A DNA stretch of 64,000 bases from a virus, in the IMG/VR virus record IMGVR_UViG_3300026552_000002, positions 3,797-67,796 of that record; one strand, 5' to 3'. Below the pieces are notes generated by a model. The model did no database searches and had not been told where the DNA came from. It saw only the letters and a program-made list of their open reading frames with translations. Every line of letters begins with the position of its first letter. Position 1 is the first letter of the stretch. A program made the translations under genes and the position numbers. Shown piece after piece: positions 56,072 through 64,000 of this stretch.

Positions 56072-57849
56072 GCGACTTTCCTCCTGTCCACATCGGACCC
56101 GCCGAGCAGCTCGGCGACCACCCGCGGGTCCTGCACGAAATCTGAGAGCTGACCCGCCTTGGACCGCAGGGCGGCCCGCACACGGGTGTCGATCGTGTTG
56201 GCCGCGACGATGTCGATCACCTCGATCGACTCGTGGATTTCCGAGCCGATGCGATGCGCCCGGTCCTCGGCCTGCACCGACTCCTTCAGCGACCACGGCC
56301 TCTGCAGGAACACCACCGTCCCGGCCGCGGTCAGGGTGATGCCCTCCCCGCCGGCGCCGGTGGTCGCGCACATCAGGTCCAACGCACCGGCCTGGAACGC
56401 CTCGATCGACGCGGTCCGCTCGGCCGCGGTCTGCCCGCCGACCACCAGCCCCACGCGGTAGCCGGCCTGTCGCGCGGCGTCGGCCGCGAGCGTCATCAAC
56501 TGCCGCGACGGCGCGAACGCCAGCACCGGAGTTCCGCCTCGCTCGGCCAGCACCTCCAACAGCGCGTCGACCTTCCAACTCGGCGCCTTCAGCGTCACCG
56601 AGTAGTGCGCCTTGTCGGCACCGGTGAGCTCGTCCGGCTCGTAGCTGACCTCGACGTCGCAGGCGGCGCTGGCAAGCTGCTGCAGCCGGGTGAGTTGCGC
56701 GATGGCGTCCATAACCGGCAGCTCGCCGCCGTCGGGCAGCTCGGCGAGCATCTGGCGTTCCATCGAGTCGTACGCCCGGCGCCACTTGCCCGGCAGCTCG
56801 ACCTGCCGCACCGAGTACACCTTCGGCGGCAGCGACGACAGCACGTCCACCTTGGCCACCCGGCGAAACTGCCCGAGCAGGCACGTGCGGAACTCCGCCT
56901 CGGTGGCCGGATCCAGCCCGAGCACCTCGGCGCCGTAGTCGCCGGGCACGGTCAGGCAGTAGCGCGACATCCACCGCTCGCGCGAGGGCCACGCCGCCGG
57001 CTCGATTACCGTCAGCGTCGGCCACAGATCCGCGGTGTTGCGGGTGATGGGAGTGCCTGACAGGGCGATGACGTACGGCGCGGGGGTAGCCAGCCGGCGC
57101 ACGGCCTTGGTGCGCTCGGCGTGGCTGTTCTTGATGGCATGGCACTCATCGATGACCACCGCCCCGGGCCGCAACCCCACCAGGCGGTTGTGTCGTGCGC
57201 CGGCGTGGCTGCCCTGCGCGTCCATGCGGGCGATGTCGTAGGAGGTCACGTACACGTCGGCGGTGCCGGACAAGGCGTGGCGCTTGGTCGGTGTGCCGCG
57301 CCAGGCGACGGTGCTCCAGTCCGGGGCCCAACGCTGGAACTCGGCGACCCAGGAGTCCACTACCGAGGCCGGACACACGACCACGATGGGGGCGATGTCG
57401 AGGTTGTCCCGCAACGCGGATGTCTCTCGCAACCCGAGGATTGCGGTGATGGTTTTGCCGGTCCCCGGTTCGTCGCAGATCAGCGCCTTGCCGGTCGCCG
57501 CGACCAGATGCGCGCCCTGAACCTGGTAGTCCCGGGGGGTGAGACCCTCGGGCACCCGGGCGGACAGCGAGCTGGTGGTCTCCGCGGTGCGTCGCGCGGC
57601 CTCGGCAGAAAGCCACTCACCCAGCCGCGGGCCCGGCCGCCAGGCGTCGCCGAAGCTTGCGGCGAGCTGCACGGCGGTGGGCCAGGTCGCCTCGGTCACC
57701 AGCGCGCCGGGCGGTTCGGAGGTGCGGATCAACGGGGTGAGCAGTTGCAGACGCTTCGCGGCGTAGGCGACGTCCTCGATCGCGCCGGCGCCGACCAGGA
57801 CGATCTCGCTGCGGTCCGCGGTGAGTTCCGCGTGTACGGCGTAAGTCAT
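56068..57849 (-). CDS. SNF2-family helicase
   Basis: DEPGTGKT, DECH, LSGTP, GEGITLT and QAEDRAHRIG. Confidence 0.93.
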   Translation of the reverse strand: MTYAVHAELTADRSEIVLVGAGAIEDVAYAAKRLQLLTPLIRTSEPPGALVTEATWPTAVQLAASFGDAWRPGPRLGEWLSAEAARRTAETTSSLSARVPEGLTPRDYQVQGAHLVAATGKALICDEPGTGKTITAILGLRETSALRDNLDIAPIVVVCPASVVDSWVAEFQRWAPDWSTVAWRGTPTKRHALSGTADVYVTSYDIARMDAQGSHAGARHNRLVGLRPGAVVIDECHAIKNSHAERTKAVRRLATPAPYVIALSGTPITRNTADLWPTLTVIEPAAWPSRERWMSRYCLTVPGDYGAEVLGLDPATEAEFRTCLLGQFRRVAKVDVLSSLPPKVYSVRQVELPGKWRRAYDSMERQMLAELPDGGELPVMDAIAQLTRLQQLASAACDVEVSYEPDELTGADKAHYSVTLKAPSWKVDALLEVLAERGGTPVLAFAPSRQLMTLAADAARQAGYRVGLVVGGQTAAERTASIEAFQAGALDLMCATTGAGGEGITLTAAGTVVFLQRPWSLKESVQAEDRAHRIGSEIHESIEVIDIVAANTIDTRVRAALRSKAGQLSDFVQDPRVVAELLGGSDVDRRKVA

Positions 57850-57865
57850 CGCCCTCCCCGCAAGA

Positions 57866-57915
57866 ACCGACGGCGCCGGCCACCCGTTCGGGGTCGGGTG
57901 ACCGGCGCCGTGGGG
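57866..57915 (-). terminator. long GC hairpin between ssDNA-binding-like gene and helicase
   Basis: ACGGCGCCGGCCACCCG...CGGGTGACCGGCGCCGT. Confidence 0.5.
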
Positions 57916-57917
57916 TG

Positions 57918-58760
57918 TTACTGCTGTTGTCCGCCGGTCAACCGGGCCAGCAGATCCTGCTGGGCCTGGGAGAGGTCCGGGGGCGCCTGGGGATTGGCCG
58001 CCTGCTGGGGCGGTGGGGACGCCGCCGGAGGGGGAGCCGGCGCGGGCGACGGAGCGGGCGCGGATGCCTGCGGAGGCTGTGTCGGGGCATCCGGACCCTG
58101 CTGGGGCTGGATCGCCTCCGCGGGCTGCTCAGTCGCCTGCCTCGGGGTGGCACCGGCCCCACCCTCCGGCGGCTGGTACTTCACCGTGAACTGGTTGGAC
58201 GGGTTGAAACCCGGGGTGCGGCTGGGCTTCTTTCCCGTCAGACTCACCTGGATCACCGCGCCCTGCTGCGGCGGGCCCTCGGTCACACCGGCCTCGGCCA
58301 TCGCCCGGACCAGCTCATCGCGGGCCTGCCCCTGGACGAACCACGTGGCGCGGCCCTCGGGAAAGTCCTGGTCCGGCTGCACCACCATCGGCACCCTCAT
58401 CACGAACTTGGGCCTGCCGTCCCGGTAGGTTGCCGGCCTGCCGTCGGTGAGGTTGGTTTGCTGCTGGATGTCGCTGTCCTTGACGTCCCGCTCGACCATG
58501 CCGATGTAGGTCGTGCCGACCGGCTTGTCCTTGAACGACCACGCCGGACCGCCGCTCACGCTGGGCTGGTTGAAGAACTCGCTCAAGCTTCCCTGGGCTG
58601 GCGGCGGCCCCTGCTGCTGCGGCTGCTCGTAGGGCATCTGCGGCGGCGGCTGCGGCGGCGGAGACCCGAACTGCTGCGGCGATCCGTACTGCGGCTGCTG
58701 GTACTGCTGCGGTGGTGGTCCGTACTGGTGTCCGTGTGTCCAGATAGGCTGTTGACTCAT
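57918..58760 (-). CDS. putative ssDNA-binding protein with Pro/Gln-rich tails
   Basis: Beta-rich core flanked by low-complexity tails; next to exonuclease. Confidence 0.55.
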   Translation of the reverse strand: MSQQPIWTHGHQYGPPPQQYQQPQYGSPQQFGSPPPQPPPQMPYEQPQQQGPPPAQGSLSEFFNQPSVSGGPAWSFKDKPVGTTYIGMVERDVKDSDIQQQTNLTDGRPATYRDGRPKFVMRVPMVVQPDQDFPEGRATWFVQGQARDELVRAMAEAGVTEGPPQQGAVIQVSLTGKKPSRTPGFNPSNQFTVKYQPPEGGAGATPRQATEQPAEAIQPQQGPDAPTQPPQASAPAPSPAPAPPPAASPPPQQAANPQAPPDLSQAQQDLLARLTGGQQQ

Positions 58761-58815
58761 TCGGGGTACCTCATGGGTTGTGCGTTTTCCTACTCACCCG
58801 GTCGGGGCCGGGGGT

Positions 58816-59631
58816 CTACTGGGGACGGTTGCCGACCGTCCCGGGACAGCCCGATCCACCGTCATGCGCGCTCTGGGGTCGGTAGAACGGGCAGAAGTAG
58901 CACTCGGAATCACTCGGCGCGCAGGGGATGTCGCGCAGCTCGACGTAGCCGGCACTCAACAGCGCCGCCATCTCCCGACGCAGCGCGGTCTGCTCCAGCA
59001 CCTGCTCAATCAACTCATCGTCGGCCGGGGTGTAGGGCCGCTCCCACACGTACAGTCCGTCCAGAGTGGACGACGTCCGCGGGTAGGCCGCGAGCACCAC
59101 GCGCTGCACCGGCAGGCCGAGCCGCCGGTACCCGAGGCCGTAGAGCAACAACTGCGTCACGTATCGGCGCGGCGGCCCGTCGGCCGACTGCACCTTGCGC
59201 ATCGAGGTCTCGCCCAACACCTTGTGGTCGACGACGGCGGCCTCCACCGCGTCGTAGAGATCCGCGGTGCCGGGATGGGCGTCGGTGGGTGACACCCGCA
59301 CCTCGGGCGCCCATCGCAGGAGATTGCGACGCAGGTTGTCGGCCGCGAACGCCTCGGCGAGCCAGACGTGCACCGCCGTGCCCACCACCGAAGGCCACGG
59401 GTCGGCGACGTGGTTGGTGGTCGGCAGCCCGGCGAGCTTGCCGGCCACCTGCCGGTCGCACGGTGTGCCCAACTCGCTCGGGCCGAGGTGGCGCTGCAGG
59501 GACCGCGGCGCGCGGGCGGCGTGCGTGACGACCACGCGACGCAGCTCGTCGGCGTACCGCGACGCCCAGGGCGTGTTGCCGCTTAAGGGCGCCGGGGCCG
59601 CCGACATGAACTCGGCCGGACTGATCGACAT
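58816..59631 (-). CDS. PD-(D/E)XK Cas4/RecB-like exonuclease
   Basis: GPSELGTPC, GTAVH, GTADL, VVDHK, QLLLY and CYFCPF. Confidence 0.85.
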   Translation of the reverse strand: MSISPAEFMSAAPAPLSGNTPWASRYADELRRVVVTHAARAPRSLQRHLGPSELGTPCDRQVAGKLAGLPTTNHVADPWPSVVGTAVHVWLAEAFAADNLRRNLLRWAPEVRVSPTDAHPGTADLYDAVEAAVVDHKVLGETSMRKVQSADGPPRRYVTQLLLYGLGYRRLGLPVQRVVLAAYPRTSSTLDGLYVWERPYTPADDELIEQVLEQTALRREMAALLSAGYVELRDIPCAPSDSECYFCPFYRPQSAHDGGSGCPGTVGNRPQ

Positions 59632-59634
59632 GGC

Positions 59635-60099
59635 TCACACCGCCGGTTCAGACCAGGGGTCGAGCCGGGACAGGCCGGTGCGGTGGAGCTGGGCTTCCCA
59701 CTGCGGGTCGTCATCGACGAACCAGATGGAATCCTCGGCGGTGATGCCCTCGGGTGCGTTGATCGCGCCGTCGGTGTAGACCTCTGCGAGGTACCACAGG
59801 TCGGCGAGGCTGTTGTCTGGGGCAAACAGGTGCGCCGACTGCGCCATGTTCAAGCCCAGCTCTTTCTCCGCGACGGTGTCGATGGCCTCGCCGCTGCGGG
59901 TGTAGTACACCGGCAGGTCCCCGGGCATCCAGGCGATTTCGTGGCCGCTCATCACCGCGGCGTGACCGGCGACGCAGAAGGCCGTGCCGCACGGGGAACT
60001 GTCGGTCTGGATCGCCCAGGATCCCTGGTCCCACTCGTCGGGGTGCGCGGTGATGTGGTCTAGCACCTTGCGCAGCAATGGAATGTTGATGCTCATCAC
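59635..60099 (-). CDS. hypothetical phage protein
   Basis: HPDEWDQGSW..CGTAFCVAGHA. Confidence 0.75.
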   Translation of the reverse strand: MMSINIPLLRKVLDHITAHPDEWDQGSWAIQTDSSPCGTAFCVAGHAAVMSGHEIAWMPGDLPVYYTRSGEAIDTVAEKELGLNMAQSAHLFAPDNSLADLWYLAEVYTDGAINAPEGITAEDSIWFVDDDPQWEAQLHRTGLSRLDPWSEPAV

Positions 60100-60491
60100 G
60101 CCACCGCCTCGGTCAGCGCGTCAGTGCCTTCTGCCTGGTCCGCTTCGGTCGTCTCGGGCTCGGCCGTCTCGGGCTCGGACGCCTGGGCGGCAGCTTCTGC
60201 GGTGTCCTCGTCCGTGACGATCTCGGAGGTGTGCACCAGATGGTCGAGGCCGTCGTCGGTGTGCCCGTAGACCACCTCGTCGTCGATGGGCAGGCCGGAC
60301 ACCGAGGACCGCACGGCGTAGTCGAGCACCGCGGGCTCACCGGTCGGCTCGATCCAGGAGACCTCGTGGACCCGGTCGTACCAGTCCTCGACGACGAAGG
60401 GCTGCTCACCCTCGGCCTGGTGGAACAGCGGACGTTCGGTGACCACCCGGACCCGGTGCCCGGCCAGGGGGTGTGCTGAGTCGTGGATCAT
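60096..60491 (-). CDS. hypothetical phage protein
   Basis: AAGGAGG + ATG 60491; HPLAG..VEDWYDR..DDEVVYG. Confidence 0.7.
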   Translation of the reverse strand: MIHDSAHPLAGHRVRVVTERPLFHQAEGEQPFVVEDWYDRVHEVSWIEPTGEPAVLDYAVRSSVSGLPIDDEVVYGHTDDGLDHLVHTSEIVTDEDTAEAAAQASEPETAEPETTEADQAEGTDALTEAVA

Positions 60492-60511
60492 CGCTACCTC
60501 CTTGGTGGGTG

Positions 60512-60832
60512 TCATCCGCGCGGGGCGCGCTTGAGCTGCCACGTCCCGCCCTTGATCGCGAACCGGGCATACGTCACGGGGTCCTCGGCGCGGATGCGCT
60601 TGGGGTCCAGCCGCCAGGACTCCACATAGGACACGTTCAGCGGCTGCCGCAGCATCGGCGAATCCACCTGCAGGCGCGCTTCCTGCGGGGCGCGCTGGAT
60701 CGCCTCGACCTTGATGGCATCGACGCAACTCTTGAGCTTCTCGGCGGCGTCGTCGGCGGCGTCCTTGAGCTCGTCGTAGTGGGCCAGAAGCTGCTCCAGC
60801 CGACTGCCCTCTTCCGGCTTGATGATCTTCAT
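60512..60832 (-). CDS. hypothetical coiled-coil phage protein
   Basis: GAGG RBS; SWRLDPKRIRAEDP. Confidence 0.7.
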   Translation of the reverse strand: MKIIKPEEGSRLEQLLAHYDELKDAADDAAEKLKSCVDAIKVEAIQRAPQEARLQVDSPMLRQPLNVSYVESWRLDPKRIRAEDPVTYARFAIKGGTWQLKRAPRG

Positions 60833-60987
60833 GAGACCTCTTCGTCGAACGTGATCTCGAAGGCGTCGTCGGGGTCGGCGAGGCGACAGACGGCTTCGAC
60901 GACGAACGCGATGCCGATGCCGATGGCGACGGTGACGCCGGCCGCGGTCAGGGCGACGGCGATGAGGACCTCACGCGGCTTGGACAT
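60829..60987 (-). CDS. small membrane protein (52 aa)
   Basis: MSKPREVLIAVALTAAGVTVAIGIGIAFVV; ATGA-coupled. Confidence 0.55.
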   Translation of the reverse strand: MSKPREVLIAVALTAAGVTVAIGIGIAFVVEAVCRLADPDDAFEITFDEEVS

Positions 60988-61708
60988 GGCCGTTCCCCGC
61001 CTTGAGCAGTCCGTGCAGGTAGCCGCGGTGCACCAGGTGCGCGCGGTCGGTGGCCTCCATCCGCTCCATCAGCCGCCCGGTGCGTCGCTTGATCTGCACT
61101 TCGGTGGCGCCCACCCGGTTGCCGATCTGGAGGTTGGTGAACCCGACCGCGATCAGGTAGAGCAGTTGCCGCTGCTCCGGGGTGAGCGCCGGCGTGGGCC
61201 ACGGCTCGGTGACGACCAGGACGTTGCGCTGGTAGCTGATGTGCACCAGGTGCGCGCGGTTGGCCGCCCCGAGCACGCCGGCCGCGCGGTGCAGGTGCGT
61301 CTTGACCGTCTCTTCGGACAGGTACAGCCACTCGCCGATCTCGCGGTTGTTGTGGCCGCCGGCCAGCAGGCAGATGATCTCCCGCTGCCGCACGGACAGT
61401 GGGGGCATCTGCAGCTCGAACAGCGGGCGGGGCTTTGGGGGCCGCCCGCCGCACTGGGTGAGCTGGTCGCGGATGCGCTGCAGGTAGCGCGGGTGAATCA
61501 GGGAGACGCGGGTGGTGCCGCGCCGCGAGAACGAGACGATGCCCCACGTTTCCAGCAGTCCCAGGATCTCCTCGGCGACGCGCTGGGAGCAGCCCAGCTC
61601 GCGGCGCATCCACCGGATGGCCGTCTCACCGTGGGTGATGGCGTCGCTGGCCGCGCGCAGCAGCAGGGTCTGTTGCTCGGTACTCAGTGGCGGGAGGTCA
61701 GTGGGCAA
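60971..61708 (-). CDS. FtsK-gamma-like winged helix fused to two LuxR-type HTH domains
   Basis: MRRELGCSQRVAEEILGLLETWGIVS..R; LSVRQREII..GHNNREIG..TVKTHL; LTPEQRQLL..GFTNLQIG. Confidence 0.75.
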   Translation of the reverse strand: MPTDLPPLSTEQQTLLLRAASDAITHGETAIRWMRRELGCSQRVAEEILGLLETWGIVSFSRRGTTRVSLIHPRYLQRIRDQLTQCGGRPPKPRPLFELQMPPLSVRQREIICLLAGGHNNREIGEWLYLSEETVKTHLHRAAGVLGAANRAHLVHISYQRNVLVVTEPWPTPALTPEQRQLLYLIAVGFTNLQIGNRVGATEVQIKRRTGRLMERMEATDRAHLVHRGYLHGLLKAGNGHVQAA

Positions 61709-61899
61709 CGGGCATCCTCCTTGCTGTCCCTGGTGGGAATCGCGGCCACGCCCTCGATGTCGGTGGCCGGGCGCAACAGCACCGCGACCTGATCGAGTTG
61801 GGCCTGCGTCGGGGGTGGGAGTTCGGCGGCCACGCGCGCCGCCGCCGCTTCGATGAGTGCGACATCGTGGGAGCTGAGACCCTCGAACCGGCTGCTCAT
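61684..61899 (-). CDS. small hypothetical protein
   Basis: ATGA-coupled; AELPPPTQAQLDQVAVLL. Confidence 0.6.
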   Translation of the reverse strand: MSSRFEGLSSHDVALIEAAAARVAAELPPPTQAQLDQVAVLLRPATDIEGVAAIPTRDSKEDARCPLTSRH

Positions 61900-62141
61900 A
61901 CCGCCGACACCCCGTCCTTCTTGATCAAGGTGTCGGGGTCAAGGTGGAGCACCTGGGCGAGCGCGGCGAAGCATGGTGGGGTGGTGCCGGACTTGCCGCG
62001 CTCCACTTTGGACAGGTGCGAGTAGGTGACCTGCACACCCAGCGCCTGGCAGGACTTGGCGAGGCTGCGGAGGGTGTGCCCGCTCATCTCGCGGTGACGT
62101 CGCAGCGCGTCACCGTCGATCTGGTGGGTCATCCGTGGCAC
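61896..62141 (-). CDS. Cro-like XRE HTH regulator
   Basis: LRRHREMSGHTLRSLA..HLSKVERG..LAQVL; divergent from repressor-like gene. Confidence 0.85.
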   Translation of the reverse strand: MPRMTHQIDGDALRRHREMSGHTLRSLAKSCQALGVQVTYSHLSKVERGKSGTTPPCFAALAQVLHLDPDTLIKKDGVSAV

Positions 62142-62314
62142 CGGGGCAGGCTAAGTATCAACTTGCGCCAGTTGCAACAGGTCGACTGCGCATATTGCTG
62201 CGGAATCATGATTCCTCTGCGCAGGTCACCCGCCATGTGACGGATACTTGTTGCATCTTGTGTTAGTTTGTGGCGCGACGGACCAAGATCCCTTCCTCAC
62301 CCGGGGGGCGCCTC

Positions 62315-62764
62315 ATGCCACGCACCTCAACCCCGCAGCCCGGCTCGCCACTGGGCGCCTGGATGAACCACCAGCGCAAGAAGCTGGGCATTACTTGGGT
62401 CGAAGTCGCCCGTCGGGCCGGCGTCGCCTACAACACGCTGGTCGCGATGCGCAGCGGCCAGGGCACCCGCGACACCACAGACCGCAATGTCGAAGACGCG
62501 CTGCGGTGGAGTCCGTTCAGCGTTGATGCCATCCGCGAGGGCAAAGAACCAACCGACAAACCCGAGACATCGTCGCCATCTGACGACACGCCGCAGCGCG
62601 TTGAGGAATCCGTCATCGATGACGATCGCCTTGACGACCTCGTGCGCACCGTCAAGGAGGGCATTGACCAGGCCAATTCCGCTCTGCGAAAGATCGAGGC
62701 GTACCGCCGCCATCAGCGCGGCGCGTTAGCGCGCGACCACGAAGAGCAAGAAGACACGGGTTGA
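62315..62764 (+). CDS. CI-like XRE HTH repressor
   Basis: RKKLGITWVEVARRAGVAYNTL..VEDALRW..S. Confidence 0.75.
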   Translation: MPRTSTPQPGSPLGAWMNHQRKKLGITWVEVARRAGVAYNTLVAMRSGQGTRDTTDRNVEDALRWSPFSVDAIREGKEPTDKPETSSPSDDTPQRVEESVIDDDRLDDLVRTVKEGIDQANSALRKIEAYRRHQRGALARDHEEQEDTG

Positions 62765-62875
62765 ACCCCTGCAACCACAGTCAACCCTGTTGTAGGTTCA
62801 ACGGCCGTCCCTCACACGTACGAACACCATCGTCCGCTCGCATGTAACCGTTCAAGCAGACGGAGGTGCGGTGGC

Positions 62876-63868
62876 ATGAAACGCAGGCGTCGTCGAGTAC
62901 ACACGTTGACGCCGGAAGAGCGACGCCGCGTGGAAGAGCTGGCGTGCGAAGCCAAGATCCACCGCGCGGCGCTGGCCGCTATCGATGAAGAACTGGAGGA
63001 ATTGCTCCGACCACGCCATCTCAGCGTGGTTCGAGACCTCACGACAGCGCTGGCCGGCAGTGTTCTGGGCGTCGTCTTCTGGGCCAGACGCCACATGACC
63101 GACCACCCACACAGCACGCTCGCCAGCGTGGCCGGGTCGACCGCCGCGGTTATGGCCGCATTCACCCTGTGGGTTCCAGCGCCCCCCGACGCCAACGGGC
63201 CGGCGCCCAACTGGATCCCACCACCCCGCTCGCACGGCGGCAGTCCACTTGCCCCAGTGATGGCGCCAGGCACGCCCACCCCGCCAGGTGAAGCCAAACG
63301 CCGCTTCGGTCCGCGTGGCCGCCGGCTGGACCCACTCGCCAACCGGCACGGCATCGACACCAACCCGCCACCAGTCAACGTGGCCGAGGCTGTCGGTATC
63401 GCCAACTTCTCGGATGTCAACGCCAACCGATTTGGTGTGGATCCTGTGGGCCTCGACGCGAACGCCACGTCTCCCAACCGGTTCGCCAACATCCTGGCGG
63501 CCCGCGCCTACCACTGCACCAACCAGACGGGCGCGTTCGCCGGCCAGCGCGCCAACCAGGCTGGCGCCTTCGCCAACCACACTGGCGACGCCACTGGTCA
63601 GTGGGTTGGCGACCACGCCAACCAGACTGGCGACACCGCCAACCAGACCGCCAACCAGGTGGGTGTTCCTGCCAGCCGAGCTGGCGACCACGACACCCTT
63701 CCTGGCGCGGTCGCCAACCCGTCTGGCGCGGTCGCCAACCCGTCTGGCGCGGTCGCCAACCCGTCTGGCGGCCTTCCCCGCTTCCCTGGCGCGGTCGCCA
63801 ACCCGTCTGGCGGCCTTCCCCGCTTCCCTGGCGCGGTCGCCAGCCTGCCGGTGGGCGTCCCGTACTGA
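62876..63868 (+). CDS. membrane-associated protein with repetitive C-terminus
   Basis: GGAGG RBS; hydrophobic segments then low-complexity repeats; frame of distal part uncertain. Confidence 0.5.
   Translation: MKRRRRRVHTLTPEERRRVEELACEAKIHRAALAAIDEELEELLRPRHLSVVRDLTTALAGSVLGVVFWARRHMTDHPHSTLASVAGSTAAVMAAFTLWVPAPPDANGPAPNWIPPPRSHGGSPLAPVMAPGTPTPPGEAKRRFGPRGRRLDPLANRHGIDTNPPPVNVAEAVGIANFSDVNANRFGVDPVGLDANATSPNRFANILAARAYHCTNQTGAFAGQRANQAGAFANHTGDATGQWVGDHANQTGDTANQTANQVGVPASRAGDHDTLPGAVANPSGAVANPSGAVANPSGGLPRFPGAVANPSGGLPRFPGAVASLPVGVPY
63702..63842. repeat. 21-bp and 42-bp tandem repeats
   Basis: CTGGCGCGGTCGCCAACCCGT x3, then a 42-bp unit x2. Confidence 0.85.
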
Positions 63869-64000
63869 TCTGGCGATCACACAAAGCGACGCGCCAACCC
63901 CCTCGGCTGATCACCAGGTGGGTTGGCGCGTCGTTTGGATCGTTCAGGCAGCTTGGTGCTTGGGCAGGATTTGGACAGTCTTGGGGTTGAAGTACCTGCC

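Larger units (their letters stand above)
9365..64000. mobile_element. siphovirus-type prophage (boundaries undefined; probably extends past window end)
   Basis: Terminase, portal, capsid, tail tube, tape measure, lysin, replicase and repressor-like genes in phage order; no integrase or att site seen. Confidence 0.93.

Noticed and set aside
51194-61856. Long + strand ORFs opposite replication genes (e.g. 53083-55521, 57915-59528)
   Set aside because: Antisense shadow frames
1-64000. Integrase and att sites
   Set aside because: None recognised in this window, so prophage ends are not called

Overview
High-GC actinomycete DNA. About 9.4-64 kb is a siphovirus-type (pro)phage. Its minus-strand late operon runs from terS/terL through portal-MuF, protease/scaffold, capsid, tail, tape measure and lysis genes (40.9 to 9.4 kb). 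A minus-strand replication/recombination block (61.9 to 50.1 kb) includes a prim-pol/SF3-helicase/PolA fusion, and a divergent Cro/CI-like pair sits near 62 kb. No integrase is visible in the window. The left 9 kb holds an XRE(DUF5753)/DUF397 pair, a compact nucleotide-metabolism-like operon (PLP enzyme, TSCPD, methyltransferase, unknown, MOSC-ATL fusion, Ham1/RdgB) and small ORFs. Four features stand out. (1) At 42.3-49.8 kb, about 16 single-gene cassettes are separated by a conserved ~80-nt structured repeat running from the upstream stop codon to the next start codon; cargo includes an Ocr-like DNA mimic and a motor-only FtsK. (2) A 138-nt tRNA-shaped RNA upstream of terS has its anticodon loop replaced by a multi-hairpin domain with a second T-loop. 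(3) At least seven late genes appear to start at non-canonical CTG/GTC codons. (4) A candidate origin (20-bp inverted repeat plus two DnaA boxes) lies in the linker of the fused replicase. All calls come from reading motifs by eye; no database searches were run.
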